A stretch of 64,000 nucleotides of DNA from Promethearchaeota archaeon (GTDB lineage Archaea; Asgardarchaeota; Lokiarchaeia; Sigyniarchaeales; SOKP01), in the NCBI GenBank assembly GCA_016839585.1, contig JAEOTZ010000058.1, forward strand, positions 129,948-193,947, read 5' to 3'. The notes below the pieces were generated by a model. It saw only the letters and a list, made by a program, of their open reading frames with translations, searched no databases and had not been told where the DNA came from. Positions 40,092-50,396 of this stretch are shown in pieces (the first letter of the stretch is position 1; every line of letters starts with the position of its first letter). Both the position numbers and the translations under genes were made by a program.

Positions 40092-40122
40092 AAATATACG
40101 ATTTAAAAGATACACCTAAAAA
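40065..40122 (+). repeat. 29-bp tandem duplication of the gene 3' end
   Basis: atatatgatttaaaagatacaccttaaaa / atatacgatttaaaagatacacctaaaaa. Confidence 0.85.
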
Positions 40123-40368
40123 TTTTTTTTTTCTATTATACTTTCTTAATCTTTCAATATTTTTAAAGAAAAGATTTTTAGAATTTCATTATTAAGGTAC
40201 TTTTTCAAACCTTGCTTGAAAAAACCGTAAATTATACAATGAATCTTTTTAATAAGTCTCGTAATTCAAATTTAGGGATGGATTAATGAATATATATTTA
40301 AATAAAAGATACTTGTTAATGTTTAGAAGTTCAAAAAAAAACATTGTTTTAATAAGGAGGGTAAAAAT

Positions 40369-41583
40369 ATGGACAATAATAATCTTATAAAACAAGCACA
40401 GAATCTAATTGAGGGGGGAAAGCCTCAAGAAGCAATTCCGATCTTTCAGTCACTTTTAGAATCAAATCCTAATAATCATTTGTTATGGTTTTTATTGGGG
40501 AGAACTTATGACATGATTGGTGAAAAAACTTACGCTATTAAATGCCTTTTAAAATCTAGTAAATTAAATAAAGGTTTTTGGGACGGATATTTATATCTAG
40601 CTCAGATTTATGTAAATTCTAATGATCTGAATAATATTAAGAAGTATATCAATAAAGTTTTAGATATAAATCCTGAGTTAGCATCAGCATGGGCATTGCT
40701 AGGAGTAGCTTATGGCAAGAGTAAAATACATTCAAAAGCCCTTGAGTGTTTTTTAAAAGCAAATAAATTAGATCCTACGGATGAGCAGATCCAAAGAAAT
40801 TTAAGCATGACTCGTGCTAAAATGGCTAAAGAACAATTAAGGAGGAACGGAGTACCAAGAGTATCAATGACATTTTTTGGTGATGGATTAGATATAACCG
40901 ACGAAGTTGAGAAATCTCGTAGAGAGTTTGAAAAAGATCCCTCAAAATTCGACGATCTTTTCCCTGGACCACATTTAAAACTAAGTAATGATGATGAAGA
41001 GGAAGAAAAAGTAGATTCTAAACAAGAGTTCTTAGATAATTTCTGGAAAGATTTGCAAAAAGCTCGAGAGGATGCGTATCGAAGAGTAAGCGAACAAACT
41101 AACTACTTTAAAAGTTTAGATACATCCAAACTCGTTGATTTTGAATATGAAGATGAGGAGGATGAAGAAGAACCTCATTATAAAATCGGATTCTTTTATG
41201 AATGGGGCGGTCATATGTTTTGGGCTCGTAATGACAATACCTCAGAAAAATTCGGATCCCCTATTGATCCCCTGAAATTGCCTATACCTTCAGAGTATGC
41301 TCAAAAATTTAAGGAATTAAATTATCTTTGGGAAAAACTTAATCGCAAAGATTCTGAATATAGTTCTCAATACTCAGACTGGGAACGGTTATTTAGGGAG
41401 ACAGGAGAATTACTCGAAAAAACAGCAAAAGAATTAGGTCCTGAATTTATTTTGTGTGAAGATTTTGATTGTTACATGAATGTCTGGAAAAAATTGCATG
41501 AATTAGATGGTGATATAAGTAAATCAAGAGTAAAAGCTCTATTAAATGAAGCTATATCAAGAAGGGATGAAAAAATTATTTAG
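40369..41583 (+). CDS. TPR-repeat protein with acidic C-terminal region
   Basis: About 4 TPR units (LWFLLGRTY, AWALLGVAY). Confidence 0.8.
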   Translation: MDNNNLIKQAQNLIEGGKPQEAIPIFQSLLESNPNNHLLWFLLGRTYDMIGEKTYAIKCLLKSSKLNKGFWDGYLYLAQIYVNSNDLNNIKKYINKVLDINPELASAWALLGVAYGKSKIHSKALECFLKANKLDPTDEQIQRNLSMTRAKMAKEQLRRNGVPRVSMTFFGDGLDITDEVEKSRREFEKDPSKFDDLFPGPHLKLSNDDEEEEKVDSKQEFLDNFWKDLQKAREDAYRRVSEQTNYFKSLDTSKLVDFEYEDEEDEEEPHYKIGFFYEWGGHMFWARNDNTSEKFGSPIDPLKLPIPSEYAQKFKELNYLWEKLNRKDSEYSSQYSDWERLFRETGELLEKTAKELGPEFILCEDFDCYMNVWKKLHELDGDISKSRVKALLNEAISRRDEKII

Positions 41584-41709
41584 AAGAAAAAAATAAGAAT
41601 AATTTCCTTCAAAATATGTTTAATAAAAACCATTCTACTTATATTTTTTTAGGCTAAAACTATTTTTAAAATTAAATAATCCATTATTTTTGAAGAGGAG
41701 TTGGATTAG

Positions 41710-43080
41710 TTACAATTTCTCGAAACGTGCTTGGAAAAACCGTAAGTGTTTTGGCTCAAAGACCATCTTTAATCCTGTAATTTCTTCTCGTTTTTCATGG
41801 AGTCTTATCAATGACTCTGCTACATACTCCATGTGTGTGTTAGTATATACTCTGCGAGGAATCGTGAGTCTAACAAGTTCTAATTTTGGAAAGACATTTT
41901 CTCCTGTATCTTTATCTCGACCTTTTGAGACAGCCCCTCTTTCCATGCTCCTAACTGCCGAATCCTCATAGATCGCAGCTGAGAGAGTTTGTGCTGGCCA
42001 TTGGTCCCGTGGAAGGTGGGGCAGGAATTTTAAAGCATCAAGAAAAACACCATGACCACCAATTGGTCTTACGATAGAAACTCCCGCTTTAATCAACAAT
42101 TCACCTAAGTAACGTACTTGGTTTATTCTATATTTCAGATATTGATATTGAGCGCCTTCCCGTAAACCAAGAGCAACAGCTTCCATATCTCGACCAGACA
42201 TCCCGCCATAAGTATGAAGTCCTTCAAATAAAACAACCATTCCCCTTGTATAATCGAATATTTCCTCACTATGAGTAGCTAAAAATCCACCCATGTTTAC
42301 TAAACAATCCTTCTTAGCACTATATATACATCCATCTGAATAACTCATCATCTCTCTAAGAATGTCAATTATTGGTGTATCTTCATAACCTTTTTCTCGC
42401 TCTCTAATAAAATAAGCATTTTCACTAGATCTGGTTGCGTCAAATATAATCTTTAGATTATAGTCATTGCAAAATTCCCTCAACTCACGGAGATTTTGCA
42501 TAGAGACAGGTTGGCCGCCACTCATGTTAACATTGAGCTCCACATTTACAAAAGCAATCTTTTCAAGACCGTATTCATCAATATATCCTTGGAGTTTTTT
42601 TAAATCCATATTTCCTTTAAAGGGGTATAAATTTTGTGGATCATGTGCTTCATCGATTATAGCGTCAACCATAGTTCCTCCTGCTAATTCTACATGAGCC
42701 TTCGAGGTTGTGAAATACATATTTCTTGGAACGATTTGTCCTGGTTTCGTAAGATGACCATACATTAAATGTTCCGCGCCACGCCCCTGATGAGTAGGTA
42801 CAACATATTTATATCCTAAAACATCTTGTATTGCTTTCTCAAGGTTATAAAAGCTCCGTGCTCCAGCATAAGCTTCATCACCAAGCATCATTCCTGACCA
42901 CTGAACATCTGACATAGCAGATGTACCAGAATCAGTTAGGAGATCAATATAAACATCCTCAGATTTTAAAAGGAATGTGTTATAGCCAGCTTCTCGTATT
43001 GCTTGACTTCTTTTTTTTTGATCAGGCATATTAACATGCTCGATCATTTTAATCTTAAAAGGTTCAGGGGGACCGTTCAT
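41710..43080 (-). CDS. tpl: Tyrosine phenol-lyase
   Basis: DLLTDSGT and SAKKD (PLP Lys); TPL-type NMYFTT, RSMERG and LRFF motifs (tryptophanase has FDTT and LRHF). Confidence 0.85.
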   Translation of the reverse strand: MNGPPEPFKIKMIEHVNMPDQKKRSQAIREAGYNTFLLKSEDVYIDLLTDSGTSAMSDVQWSGMMLGDEAYAGARSFYNLEKAIQDVLGYKYVVPTHQGRGAEHLMYGHLTKPGQIVPRNMYFTTSKAHVELAGGTMVDAIIDEAHDPQNLYPFKGNMDLKKLQGYIDEYGLEKIAFVNVELNVNMSGGQPVSMQNLRELREFCNDYNLKIIFDATRSSENAYFIREREKGYEDTPIIDILREMMSYSDGCIYSAKKDCLVNMGGFLATHSEEIFDYTRGMVVLFEGLHTYGGMSGRDMEAVALGLREGAQYQYLKYRINQVRYLGELLIKAGVSIVRPIGGHGVFLDALKFLPHLPRDQWPAQTLSAAIYEDSAVRSMERGAVSKGRDKDTGENVFPKLELVRLTIPRRVYTNTHMEYVAESLIRLHEKREEITGLKMVFEPKHLRFFQARFEKL

Positions 43081-43345
43081 TTCAACATTCTCATTCTTAA
43101 TTAATTAGTTATAAATGAGTTAAGAATAATAATTTGAAAAAGATTTTGGTGTATTCTCCCATAGACTTCCCATTAAGGAGAGTTCTTTTAAAAGTTCTTG
43201 GAATTGCATGAAATCGTTATTTAGTTGGGAAGTTACTTTTTTTCGTGAATTTGAGGAAATATTTTAATCTTAATACATTCAAATTCATATATATTATAAA
43301 TGTTAAAAGAAAATACTAAAATCAAATAAGAGGAGAATATTAAAA

Positions 43346-44785
43346 TTGATTGGAATTAAATCGTATGGAGCTTATTTGCCCAGGTATTTATTACCTAGAG
43401 AACTAATAGGTAAAGCTTGGGACTTTCCAATAGTTCCTGGCACTAAAGCAGTAGCAATGGCAGATGAAGACAGTCTAACAATGTCAGTTGAAGCTGGTTT
43501 AGATTGTTTAGTTGGAATTGACCCAAAAACTATTGATGGATTATTTTTCGCATCAACAACTCAAGTATATACAGAAAAAGACTCTGCATCATTGATCGCC
43601 ACTGTATTAGATATGAGAGAAGATATCATTACTGCCGATTTTACAGACTCTTTAAAGGCAGGAACCACAGCAGTTACACGAGCAGTAGATACCATTAAGG
43701 CAAACAAAGATATTAAAAACATTCTAGTAGTTGCGGCAGATACTCGAGCACCAGAACCATCAACGATGTGGGAGTATGGATTTGCTGATGGCGCTGCTGC
43801 TTTACTTATAGCGGAAGATGATAATTTACCTTTATCAATTGATGATTATTATTCCGTTTCCGCTAATGTTACTGGACCCTGGAAAAGAACAGATAAGGAC
43901 AAATTTATACGAACTTTCGAAGTGAAAATGGATGCAAAATTTTATCTTGAAAATATAATCAAAGTAATGTCAGAAATCTTAAAAAGAAATGAATTGAAAC
44001 CTGAAGATATCGGTGCTGCTGCATATTATTATAATAATCCTAGAATGTATGGGAGAGTTGCGAAAATGATGAAATTTGCACAAGGAGTCGCGCAAAATAG
44101 TGTGTTTTTTCAACTTGGTGATTTAGGAACTCCAATGTCATTTGTGCTTTTAATTGCTGCTCTTAGAAGACCTAAACCTGATGCAAAAATACTTATGGCA
44201 GGATTTGGTGATGGAGCAGACGCAATCCTAATGCAAGTTCGAGACCGAGATGCCCTAAGAAATCTTGGTAAAACAAGAATGGGTTTTATTGGACATCAAA
44301 AATCCATGAAAGCCCTAAAGAATTATAATAAGTTCCTTGATTTTAAGGAGGTTCTTGAAAAAGATAGATATACTAGAAAGAGCTCTGCTGTAACAATATG
44401 GCGAGATACAGCATCAGTATATAAATGGTATGGTGTTAAGTGCAAAAGTTGTGGAACTATTCAATATCCTGATATGCTACGTTCTTGTTATGTTTGTAGA
44501 GCAGATGATCAGTTTGAACGCGTAAAACTTGCGTTAAAGGGAACTATCTTTACTTATACATTAGATCACTTAGTGGGTGGTGCATACTTAGATATTCCTG
44601 TACCTCGATGTGTGATTGATTTAGATGGTGGTGGAAGGGTTTTATTAAATATGACCGAAATTGAGAAACCAGAAGAAACCGTTCAAATAGGTATGAGAGT
44701 GGAGTTAACCTTCAGAAAAGAACATGAAGGTGCTGAATTTAAAAATTATTATTGGAAATGTCGCCCCGAAAGAGGGAGACCATAA
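43346..44785 (+). CDS. HMG-CoA-synthase-like (catalytic Cys absent) fused to DUF35 zinc-ribbon/OB-fold
   Basis: DEDSLTMSVEA; TDSLKAGT in place of ACKAGT; CKSCG..P...CYVC; VELTFR. Confidence 0.85.
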   Translation: MIGIKSYGAYLPRYLLPRELIGKAWDFPIVPGTKAVAMADEDSLTMSVEAGLDCLVGIDPKTIDGLFFASTTQVYTEKDSASLIATVLDMREDIITADFTDSLKAGTTAVTRAVDTIKANKDIKNILVVAADTRAPEPSTMWEYGFADGAAALLIAEDDNLPLSIDDYYSVSANVTGPWKRTDKDKFIRTFEVKMDAKFYLENIIKVMSEILKRNELKPEDIGAAAYYYNNPRMYGRVAKMMKFAQGVAQNSVFFQLGDLGTPMSFVLLIAALRRPKPDAKILMAGFGDGADAILMQVRDRDALRNLGKTRMGFIGHQKSMKALKNYNKFLDFKEVLEKDRYTRKSSAVTIWRDTASVYKWYGVKCKSCGTIQYPDMLRSCYVCRADDQFERVKLALKGTIFTYTLDHLVGGAYLDIPVPRCVIDLDGGGRVLLNMTEIEKPEETVQIGMRVELTFRKEHEGAEFKNYYWKCRPERGRP

Positions 44786-44801
44786 TGGAGGTAGATAAAA
44801 A

Positions 44802-45989
44802 ATGGTAAGAAAAGGAATAAAGGATAAGGTTGCGATAATTGGCTGTGATATGACTAAATATGGAGAACTTTGGGATAAAAATCAATATGACTTACTTTTT
44901 GAAGCTTTTCAAGGCGCCTGTAAAGACACTGGAATTAAAAAAGATGAAATTGATGCTAGCTGGATTGGAATATTCTACTACTTTACTGGACTTTCTGGCG
45001 CTATGGTTGAAGATATTTTAAGAATGGATGGGAAACCCTCTACTAGAGTTGAAAATTATTGTGCTAGCGGAATGGATGCATTCAGAAATGCAAGTTTTGC
45101 GATTGCATCAGGTGCATATGATGTTGCGCTCGCTTGTGGAGTAGAGAAACTAATGGATGAGGGAGGTAGTGGACTTCCAGGATTTAAACTTTTTGGACAT
45201 CCCTTATATCCGACTCCATCTGCACCAGCAATGTTTTCCATGGCTGCAACAAGATGTTTCCATGACTATGGATGGACAAAAGAAGATCTTGCTAGAGTTG
45301 CTGTCAAAAATCATGATAATGGTTCATATCATCCAAAAGCACACTTCAGAAGTAAAATCACAATTGATCAGGTAATGAAAGCTCCCATGATCGCTGATCC
45401 TCTTGGTCGATTCGATTGCTGTGCAATGTCTGATGGTGCAGCTGCCTTAATCTTGACTACACCAGAACTTGCTGAGAGTTATGCTCATGCAGATGATTAT
45501 ATTTTAGTCAAAGCTAATGCTATTTCATGTAGAACGAACTTTCCATGGTATATACCTCCTAATGGTCCTGGAGCAGATTTAACCAGCTTCCCAGCAACCG
45601 TAAAAGCAGCTGAATATGCGTATAAGGAAGCAGGAATTACTGATCCTCGAAAAGAAATCGATTGTGCAGAGGTTCATGATTGTTTCACAATTACAGAATT
45701 AATAAATTGTCAAGATTTGAAATTTTGCGATCGTGGTCAAGCTGCTGAAGAATTAAAGAATGGAACCTTTAATTGGGATGGTGAAACCGCAGTGAATCCA
45801 TCAGGTGGGTTAAAGTCATTTGGCCATCCAATCGGATCTACAGGTTGTCGAATGTTAACAGAGATTACAAAACAATTACAGGGACGTGCAGAAGGAAGAC
45901 AAGTACCAGATGCAAAAATCGGATTATGTCATAATCTTGGTGGAGCATTTACAGTCTGTTCTACTACAGTTTTAAGTCAAAGAGATTAA
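44802..45989 (+). CDS. Thiolase (SCP-x/archaeal type)
   Basis: VENYCASG, EVHDCF, NPSGG and GHPIGSTG motifs. Confidence 0.92.
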   Translation: MVRKGIKDKVAIIGCDMTKYGELWDKNQYDLLFEAFQGACKDTGIKKDEIDASWIGIFYYFTGLSGAMVEDILRMDGKPSTRVENYCASGMDAFRNASFAIASGAYDVALACGVEKLMDEGGSGLPGFKLFGHPLYPTPSAPAMFSMAATRCFHDYGWTKEDLARVAVKNHDNGSYHPKAHFRSKITIDQVMKAPMIADPLGRFDCCAMSDGAAALILTTPELAESYAHADDYILVKANAISCRTNFPWYIPPNGPGADLTSFPATVKAAEYAYKEAGITDPRKEIDCAEVHDCFTITELINCQDLKFCDRGQAAEELKNGTFNWDGETAVNPSGGLKSFGHPIGSTGCRMLTEITKQLQGRAEGRQVPDAKIGLCHNLGGAFTVCSTTVLSQRD

Positions 45990-46057
45990 AAAAATATAAA
46001 TTATTAAAAAATTTTTTTTTCTTTTTGTTTTTATTTTTTTTCTATTATAGAAGTGAG

Positions 46058-46456
46058 TTATTCAATCCCTAATTTAGTGGCATATTTAACTATTAGAAAT
46101 ATGATAAACGCAATTATTATGAAATTAATAAAAGCTGCGATAAATTTTCCGGTGTAGAATACGGTAACACCAATGTCAAATTTAATATCTCCAATGTCTT
46201 CAAAATTAGGTACAAAAATCCCTATAATTGGAGTTATTATATCTTGAGCTAGTGATAAAATTAATGCATTTACAGCAAGACCGATAATAAATGCCGATGC
46301 AAGTCCAAGTACCTTATATTTTTTGATAAAATTTAAAAATTCTTGAGCTAGATTCTTTGGTTTTTCCGGTTCTGGTACTGGTTTAGGGGTAAGAAATTCG
46401 CGAATTTTTTTTAATTCCTCTAACATATCGTTTTCTTTAGACAATTTTTTTTTCAC
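46058..46456 (-). CDS. mscL: Large-conductance mechanosensitive channel family protein
   Basis: EFLNFIKKYKVLGLASAFIIG, DIITPII and GKFIAAFINFIIIA motifs. Confidence 0.85.
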   Translation of the reverse strand: MKKKLSKENDMLEELKKIREFLTPKPVPEPEKPKNLAQEFLNFIKKYKVLGLASAFIIGLAVNALILSLAQDIITPIIGIFVPNFEDIGDIKFDIGVTVFYTGKFIAAFINFIIIAFIIFLIVKYATKLGIE

Positions 46457-46658
46457 TCATTCATTTTTTTATTTAAATTGGTTCTATTTCAATTTTATAA
46501 CTATATAGGTAGAAATTAATAGAGCGATATATAAAGATTCTCTAAATACATTATAATAAATAATTAAACCATAAGAAGAATTTGTCAAGCATTAAAATTC
46601 TTCCTTATTGGTTTAAAAAGTAAAAAAATATTTAATTTTAAATTAATTTTAGTTAATT

Positions 46659-47513
46659 ATGAGTAAAAGTACATTTAATCAATTTAGGGGAGACGTAAAT
46701 ACTGACAAAATTAAATATATCGCTGACCCTCAATTACGTAATATTGTTAATGTTTCAATAGCTTTAGGTAGACCTCTCCTAGTGAAAGGAGAACCGGGAA
46801 CTGGGAAGACACTTCTGTCTCATGCTATTGCTGAAGCATTAGGAAAGCGATTGATTATCTGGAATATAAAAAGTACCACTGAAGGTATTGATGGTTGCTA
46901 TATGTATGATACTGTCCAACGTTTAAACGATAGTAGATTTGGTTCTGAGGATCGAAATGTAGATAACATAAAAGATTATATAACTTTAGGACCTTTAGGA
47001 GAAGCTTTTGTTTCTAACGAACAAGTTATTTTATTGATAGATGAAATAGATAAAGCAGATATCGAGTTTCCAAATGATCTTCTGCAAGAATTAGATGTAA
47101 TGGAATTCTATGTAAAAGAGACAAAAGAATTTATAAAAGCAAAAACACGACCTATCGTGGTTATTACCTCTAATAATGAAAAGGAACTTCCTGATGCCTT
47201 TTTAAGAAGATGCGTATTTCACTGGATTGAATTTCCTTCCAAAGACTTTATGGCAGAGATTTGTAAACTACATTACCCTAACTTAAAGCAGAACTTATTA
47301 GATCAATGTCTTAAGCATTTCTATGCGTTAAGAGCCATTACAAAATTAAGAAAAATGCCCTCTACATCTGAACTCCTTGATTGGATAGGTGTTCTACTAA
47401 AAAGTGGTATATCAGTCGAGGAAATGAACAAAAAAATACCATTTTTAGGTGTATTAATCAAAAAAGAAAAGGATTATGAAGTTGTCCTAGATAAAATTAA
47501 ATTTCCAACTTAA
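46659..47513 (+). CDS. MoxR/CoxD-type AAA+ ATPase
   Basis: GEPGTGKT, LLIDEIDKAD and ELPDAFLRRC motifs. Confidence 0.92.
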   Translation: MSKSTFNQFRGDVNTDKIKYIADPQLRNIVNVSIALGRPLLVKGEPGTGKTLLSHAIAEALGKRLIIWNIKSTTEGIDGCYMYDTVQRLNDSRFGSEDRNVDNIKDYITLGPLGEAFVSNEQVILLIDEIDKADIEFPNDLLQELDVMEFYVKETKEFIKAKTRPIVVITSNNEKELPDAFLRRCVFHWIEFPSKDFMAEICKLHYPNLKQNLLDQCLKHFYALRAITKLRKMPSTSELLDWIGVLLKSGISVEEMNKKIPFLGVLIKKEKDYEVVLDKIKFPT

Positions 47514-47639
47514 TTTAAAATAAAAAATGAAAATTTTCTAAATGTTTATCGAATTTTTTTATTACTTAAAAGAGAGATTGCCGGTAAGTATTACAGAATA
47601 TATGACCCTAATATAAAGAATTCAGTGATAAGCTCTAGT

Positions 47640-48740
47640 TTATAGAAAATTATCTAAATCTTTTAAGTCATACCATTCAATAAGATGGTTATATTGCTTT
47701 ATTTTTGTTAATCTATAACCTGTATTTCTCTCAAATTCATCTAAAATAAATCCTTGAATTATTGCGGGGTGGTTCATTTTCATATCAATTTTCTGAGGAA
47801 AAACAATAAGAATTATTCCATTATCTTCACATAATTCTTTTTTTTCATTATCATATCGTTGTTGTTCCAAAAAGTCTTGATAAATTTTATGAAAGAAATT
47901 AGGGAATTCATCGTGTTGTATGCCATTAAATTCAAAAGCTAACTTAATTTGATTTTCAGTAATCCTTACTAAAGCAAATCCATCTAAATGCATCTGACCA
48001 TCATAACAAGGTATTAGTCTAGACAGTTTGATTTTATTAAATTTTTCTTTGAAAATTTTTTCAAAATACCAACGACAGATCTCCTCATATCTACCTTCAG
48101 CACATCCTGGACACCCCTTACCTTGTTGTATGTCATTATACATAGCAAACCATTCATGGGATTGTTCACATTTCCATTTCAATTTTGATTTACTTGGAAC
48201 TTTAATTTTTTTCTTCATTATTTGATGGTACTCCTTTTCTGACGTTAGAATATCAAAACCCCTTAACATTGCTAACTTTTTACAATTTTGATAGGATATT
48301 GGTAAATTTCCATAGCAATAAGGGCATCCAGTTTTTATATGTTTTAAATTATTATATGTTGCATTCCATTCATGACCTTGAGAACAACTCCATCTTAATT
48401 TTACTTTACTTGGAACCTTATTTCGATTTTTCATTGATTTATTAAATTCGTTAGTAGTAGTAATTAACTGAAACCCTCTTAATTTTGCTAAATCCTTACA
48501 TGCTTGATAAGATATTGCCACATTTCCATAACAATAAGGACAGCTGGATTTACGTTGTTTTACATTGTTATATGAAGCGGTCCATTGGTGTCCCTGGTCA
48601 CATTCCCATTTGAGTTTAATTTTACTTGGAACTGTCTTTCTATTATTTATTAACTTGCTAAACTCCATTTCTGAAATTTTTAACTCAAAACCTCTTAATT
48701 TTGCCAATTCTTTACAATTTTGATATGAAATCTTTCTCAT
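47640..48740 (-). CDS. Triple zinc-finger repeat protein with C-terminal PD-(D/E)XK-like nuclease
   Basis: Three ~72-aa repeats KW.C.QGH.W...Y......CP.C; LDGF...AFEFNGIQH. Confidence 0.75.
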   Translation of the reverse strand: MRKISYQNCKELAKLRGFELKISEMEFSKLINNRKTVPSKIKLKWECDQGHQWTASYNNVKQRKSSCPYCYGNVAISYQACKDLAKLRGFQLITTTNEFNKSMKNRNKVPSKVKLRWSCSQGHEWNATYNNLKHIKTGCPYCYGNLPISYQNCKKLAMLRGFDILTSEKEYHQIMKKKIKVPSKSKLKWKCEQSHEWFAMYNDIQQGKGCPGCAEGRYEEICRWYFEKIFKEKFNKIKLSRLIPCYDGQMHLDGFALVRITENQIKLAFEFNGIQHDEFPNFFHKIYQDFLEQQRYDNEKKELCEDNGIILIVFPQKIDMKMNHPAIIQGFILDEFERNTGYRLTKIKQYNHLIEWYDLKDLDNFL

Positions 48741-48968
48741 AGCGAGTAGCCTTTTAATAATAATACAAAATAATAATTATCGAAATAAAATTAACGAGTT
48801 TTTTGAATTTCAGATTTTTAAATGAGTTTTTCATATGATTAGTTTTCTATTATAAGATCATTTTGATTTTTAAGAAAATTAAAACAGTATAGAACTCGTC
48901 CAAAAACTAATATTATATTGTTAACTCTATATAATTAATCATCATTGAAAAGATTAAGATTTAATTAA

Positions 48969-50393
48969 ATGTTTATAGAATTTTTTTATTACCTTAAAGA
49001 GCGACTTCCTGTATCAATAACAGAGTATATTACTTTGTTAGAAGCCTTAAATAAAGGGCTTATCCATAATATGGTCGAGTTTTATTACGTTTCAAGATCT
49101 ATTTTATGTAAAAATGAACATCATTTTGATATCTATGATATTGCGTTTGCTAATTTTTTCAAGGATAAAATGGTAAATTTCCCTGAAAATATTAAACAAG
49201 AAATTTGGGATTGGCTCAATAAAGATATTACCTTACCTGAGCTGATAGAAGGCTTACAAATACTTTTAAGAGAATATCAACAGTATCTAAATATCGAGGA
49301 TTTACAACAGTTTCTTGAAGATTTGTTGGAAAAATACGGTGAAGATGCAGAAAAATTACTATTAATAAACGCCCCAGATGAGATAAAAGATGAAATTTGG
49401 AACTGGCTACAAAAAAATCTTGATCTCTCAGAAATAGATGCCACTTTTCAAGAGATGGCAAGTCAATTTTTTGACCTAGAAGATTTACAAAAACATTTCG
49501 AAGAATTAATGCAAAAACAAGATGGAGAACATAATTTTGGCCATCACTGGATTGGAACTCAGGGACAATCTCCATTTGGGCATTCTGGTCAAAATCCAAT
49601 GGATATGAGAGTCGGTGGATCTTCAGGTATGCGAATGGCTGTCCAAATAGCTCAAAAAAGAATCTTTAAAGATTATAGAAAAGATATCGTGCTAGATACA
49701 AGACAAATTAAAGTAGCATTAAAAAGACTCAGAAAACTCGAAGAAATTGGTAAAAAAGATGAGCTAGACATTGACGAGACAATTGATAAAACCGCTAAAA
49801 ATGGCGGTGATATTGAAATTGTGTTTAATAAACGCAGAAAAAACGACGTTAAACTTCTTCTCTTAATGGATGTCGGTGGAAGTATGACACCATATGCCCA
49901 TTTAGTTAATCTGCTATTCTCCGCAGCTAATCACATGTCACACTGGAAGGATTTTAAATACTTTTACTTTCACAATTGTTTATATGAAAGTTTATATCAT
50001 AATGCAAAAAGAAATCCTGAAGAATCAACCCCATTCGAAGATTTTTTGAAGAAGTTCAATAATAAATATAAAGTAGTCGTAGTTGGCGATGCAGCTATGG
50101 CTAGCTGGGAATTGACGGAACGTTATGGTTCTATTTATTATTACCATCGGAATGAAATGCCTGGAGTCTATTATATCAAAGAACTCGCTCGACATTTCAA
50201 AAATAATGTTGTATGGTTGAATCCAGAGTTGATCAGACCAGAGTGGGCACCCTGGACTAGAAAGATTATTTCTAGTATAATTCCTATGTTTGACTTAACA
50301 ATAGAAGGGATTGAAGAAGCGATGGATTATCTTCGCAAGGGCGGAAAAGATATATATACGACCGTTCAACTACTTAAGGGATTTAGCTACTAA
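48969..50393 (+). CDS. vWA-domain CoxE-like protein
   Basis: MDVGGSM MIDAS motif, YFHNC, VGDA and WLNPE; partner of the upstream AAA. Confidence 0.88.
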   Translation: MFIEFFYYLKERLPVSITEYITLLEALNKGLIHNMVEFYYVSRSILCKNEHHFDIYDIAFANFFKDKMVNFPENIKQEIWDWLNKDITLPELIEGLQILLREYQQYLNIEDLQQFLEDLLEKYGEDAEKLLLINAPDEIKDEIWNWLQKNLDLSEIDATFQEMASQFFDLEDLQKHFEELMQKQDGEHNFGHHWIGTQGQSPFGHSGQNPMDMRVGGSSGMRMAVQIAQKRIFKDYRKDIVLDTRQIKVALKRLRKLEEIGKKDELDIDETIDKTAKNGGDIEIVFNKRRKNDVKLLLLMDVGGSMTPYAHLVNLLFSAANHMSHWKDFKYFYFHNCLYESLYHNAKRNPEESTPFEDFLKKFNNKYKVVVVGDAAMASWELTERYGSIYYYHRNEMPGVYYIKELARHFKNNVVWLNPELIRPEWAPWTRKIISSIIPMFDLTIEGIEEAMDYLRKGGKDIYTTVQLLKGFSY

Positions 50394-50396
50394 TTT

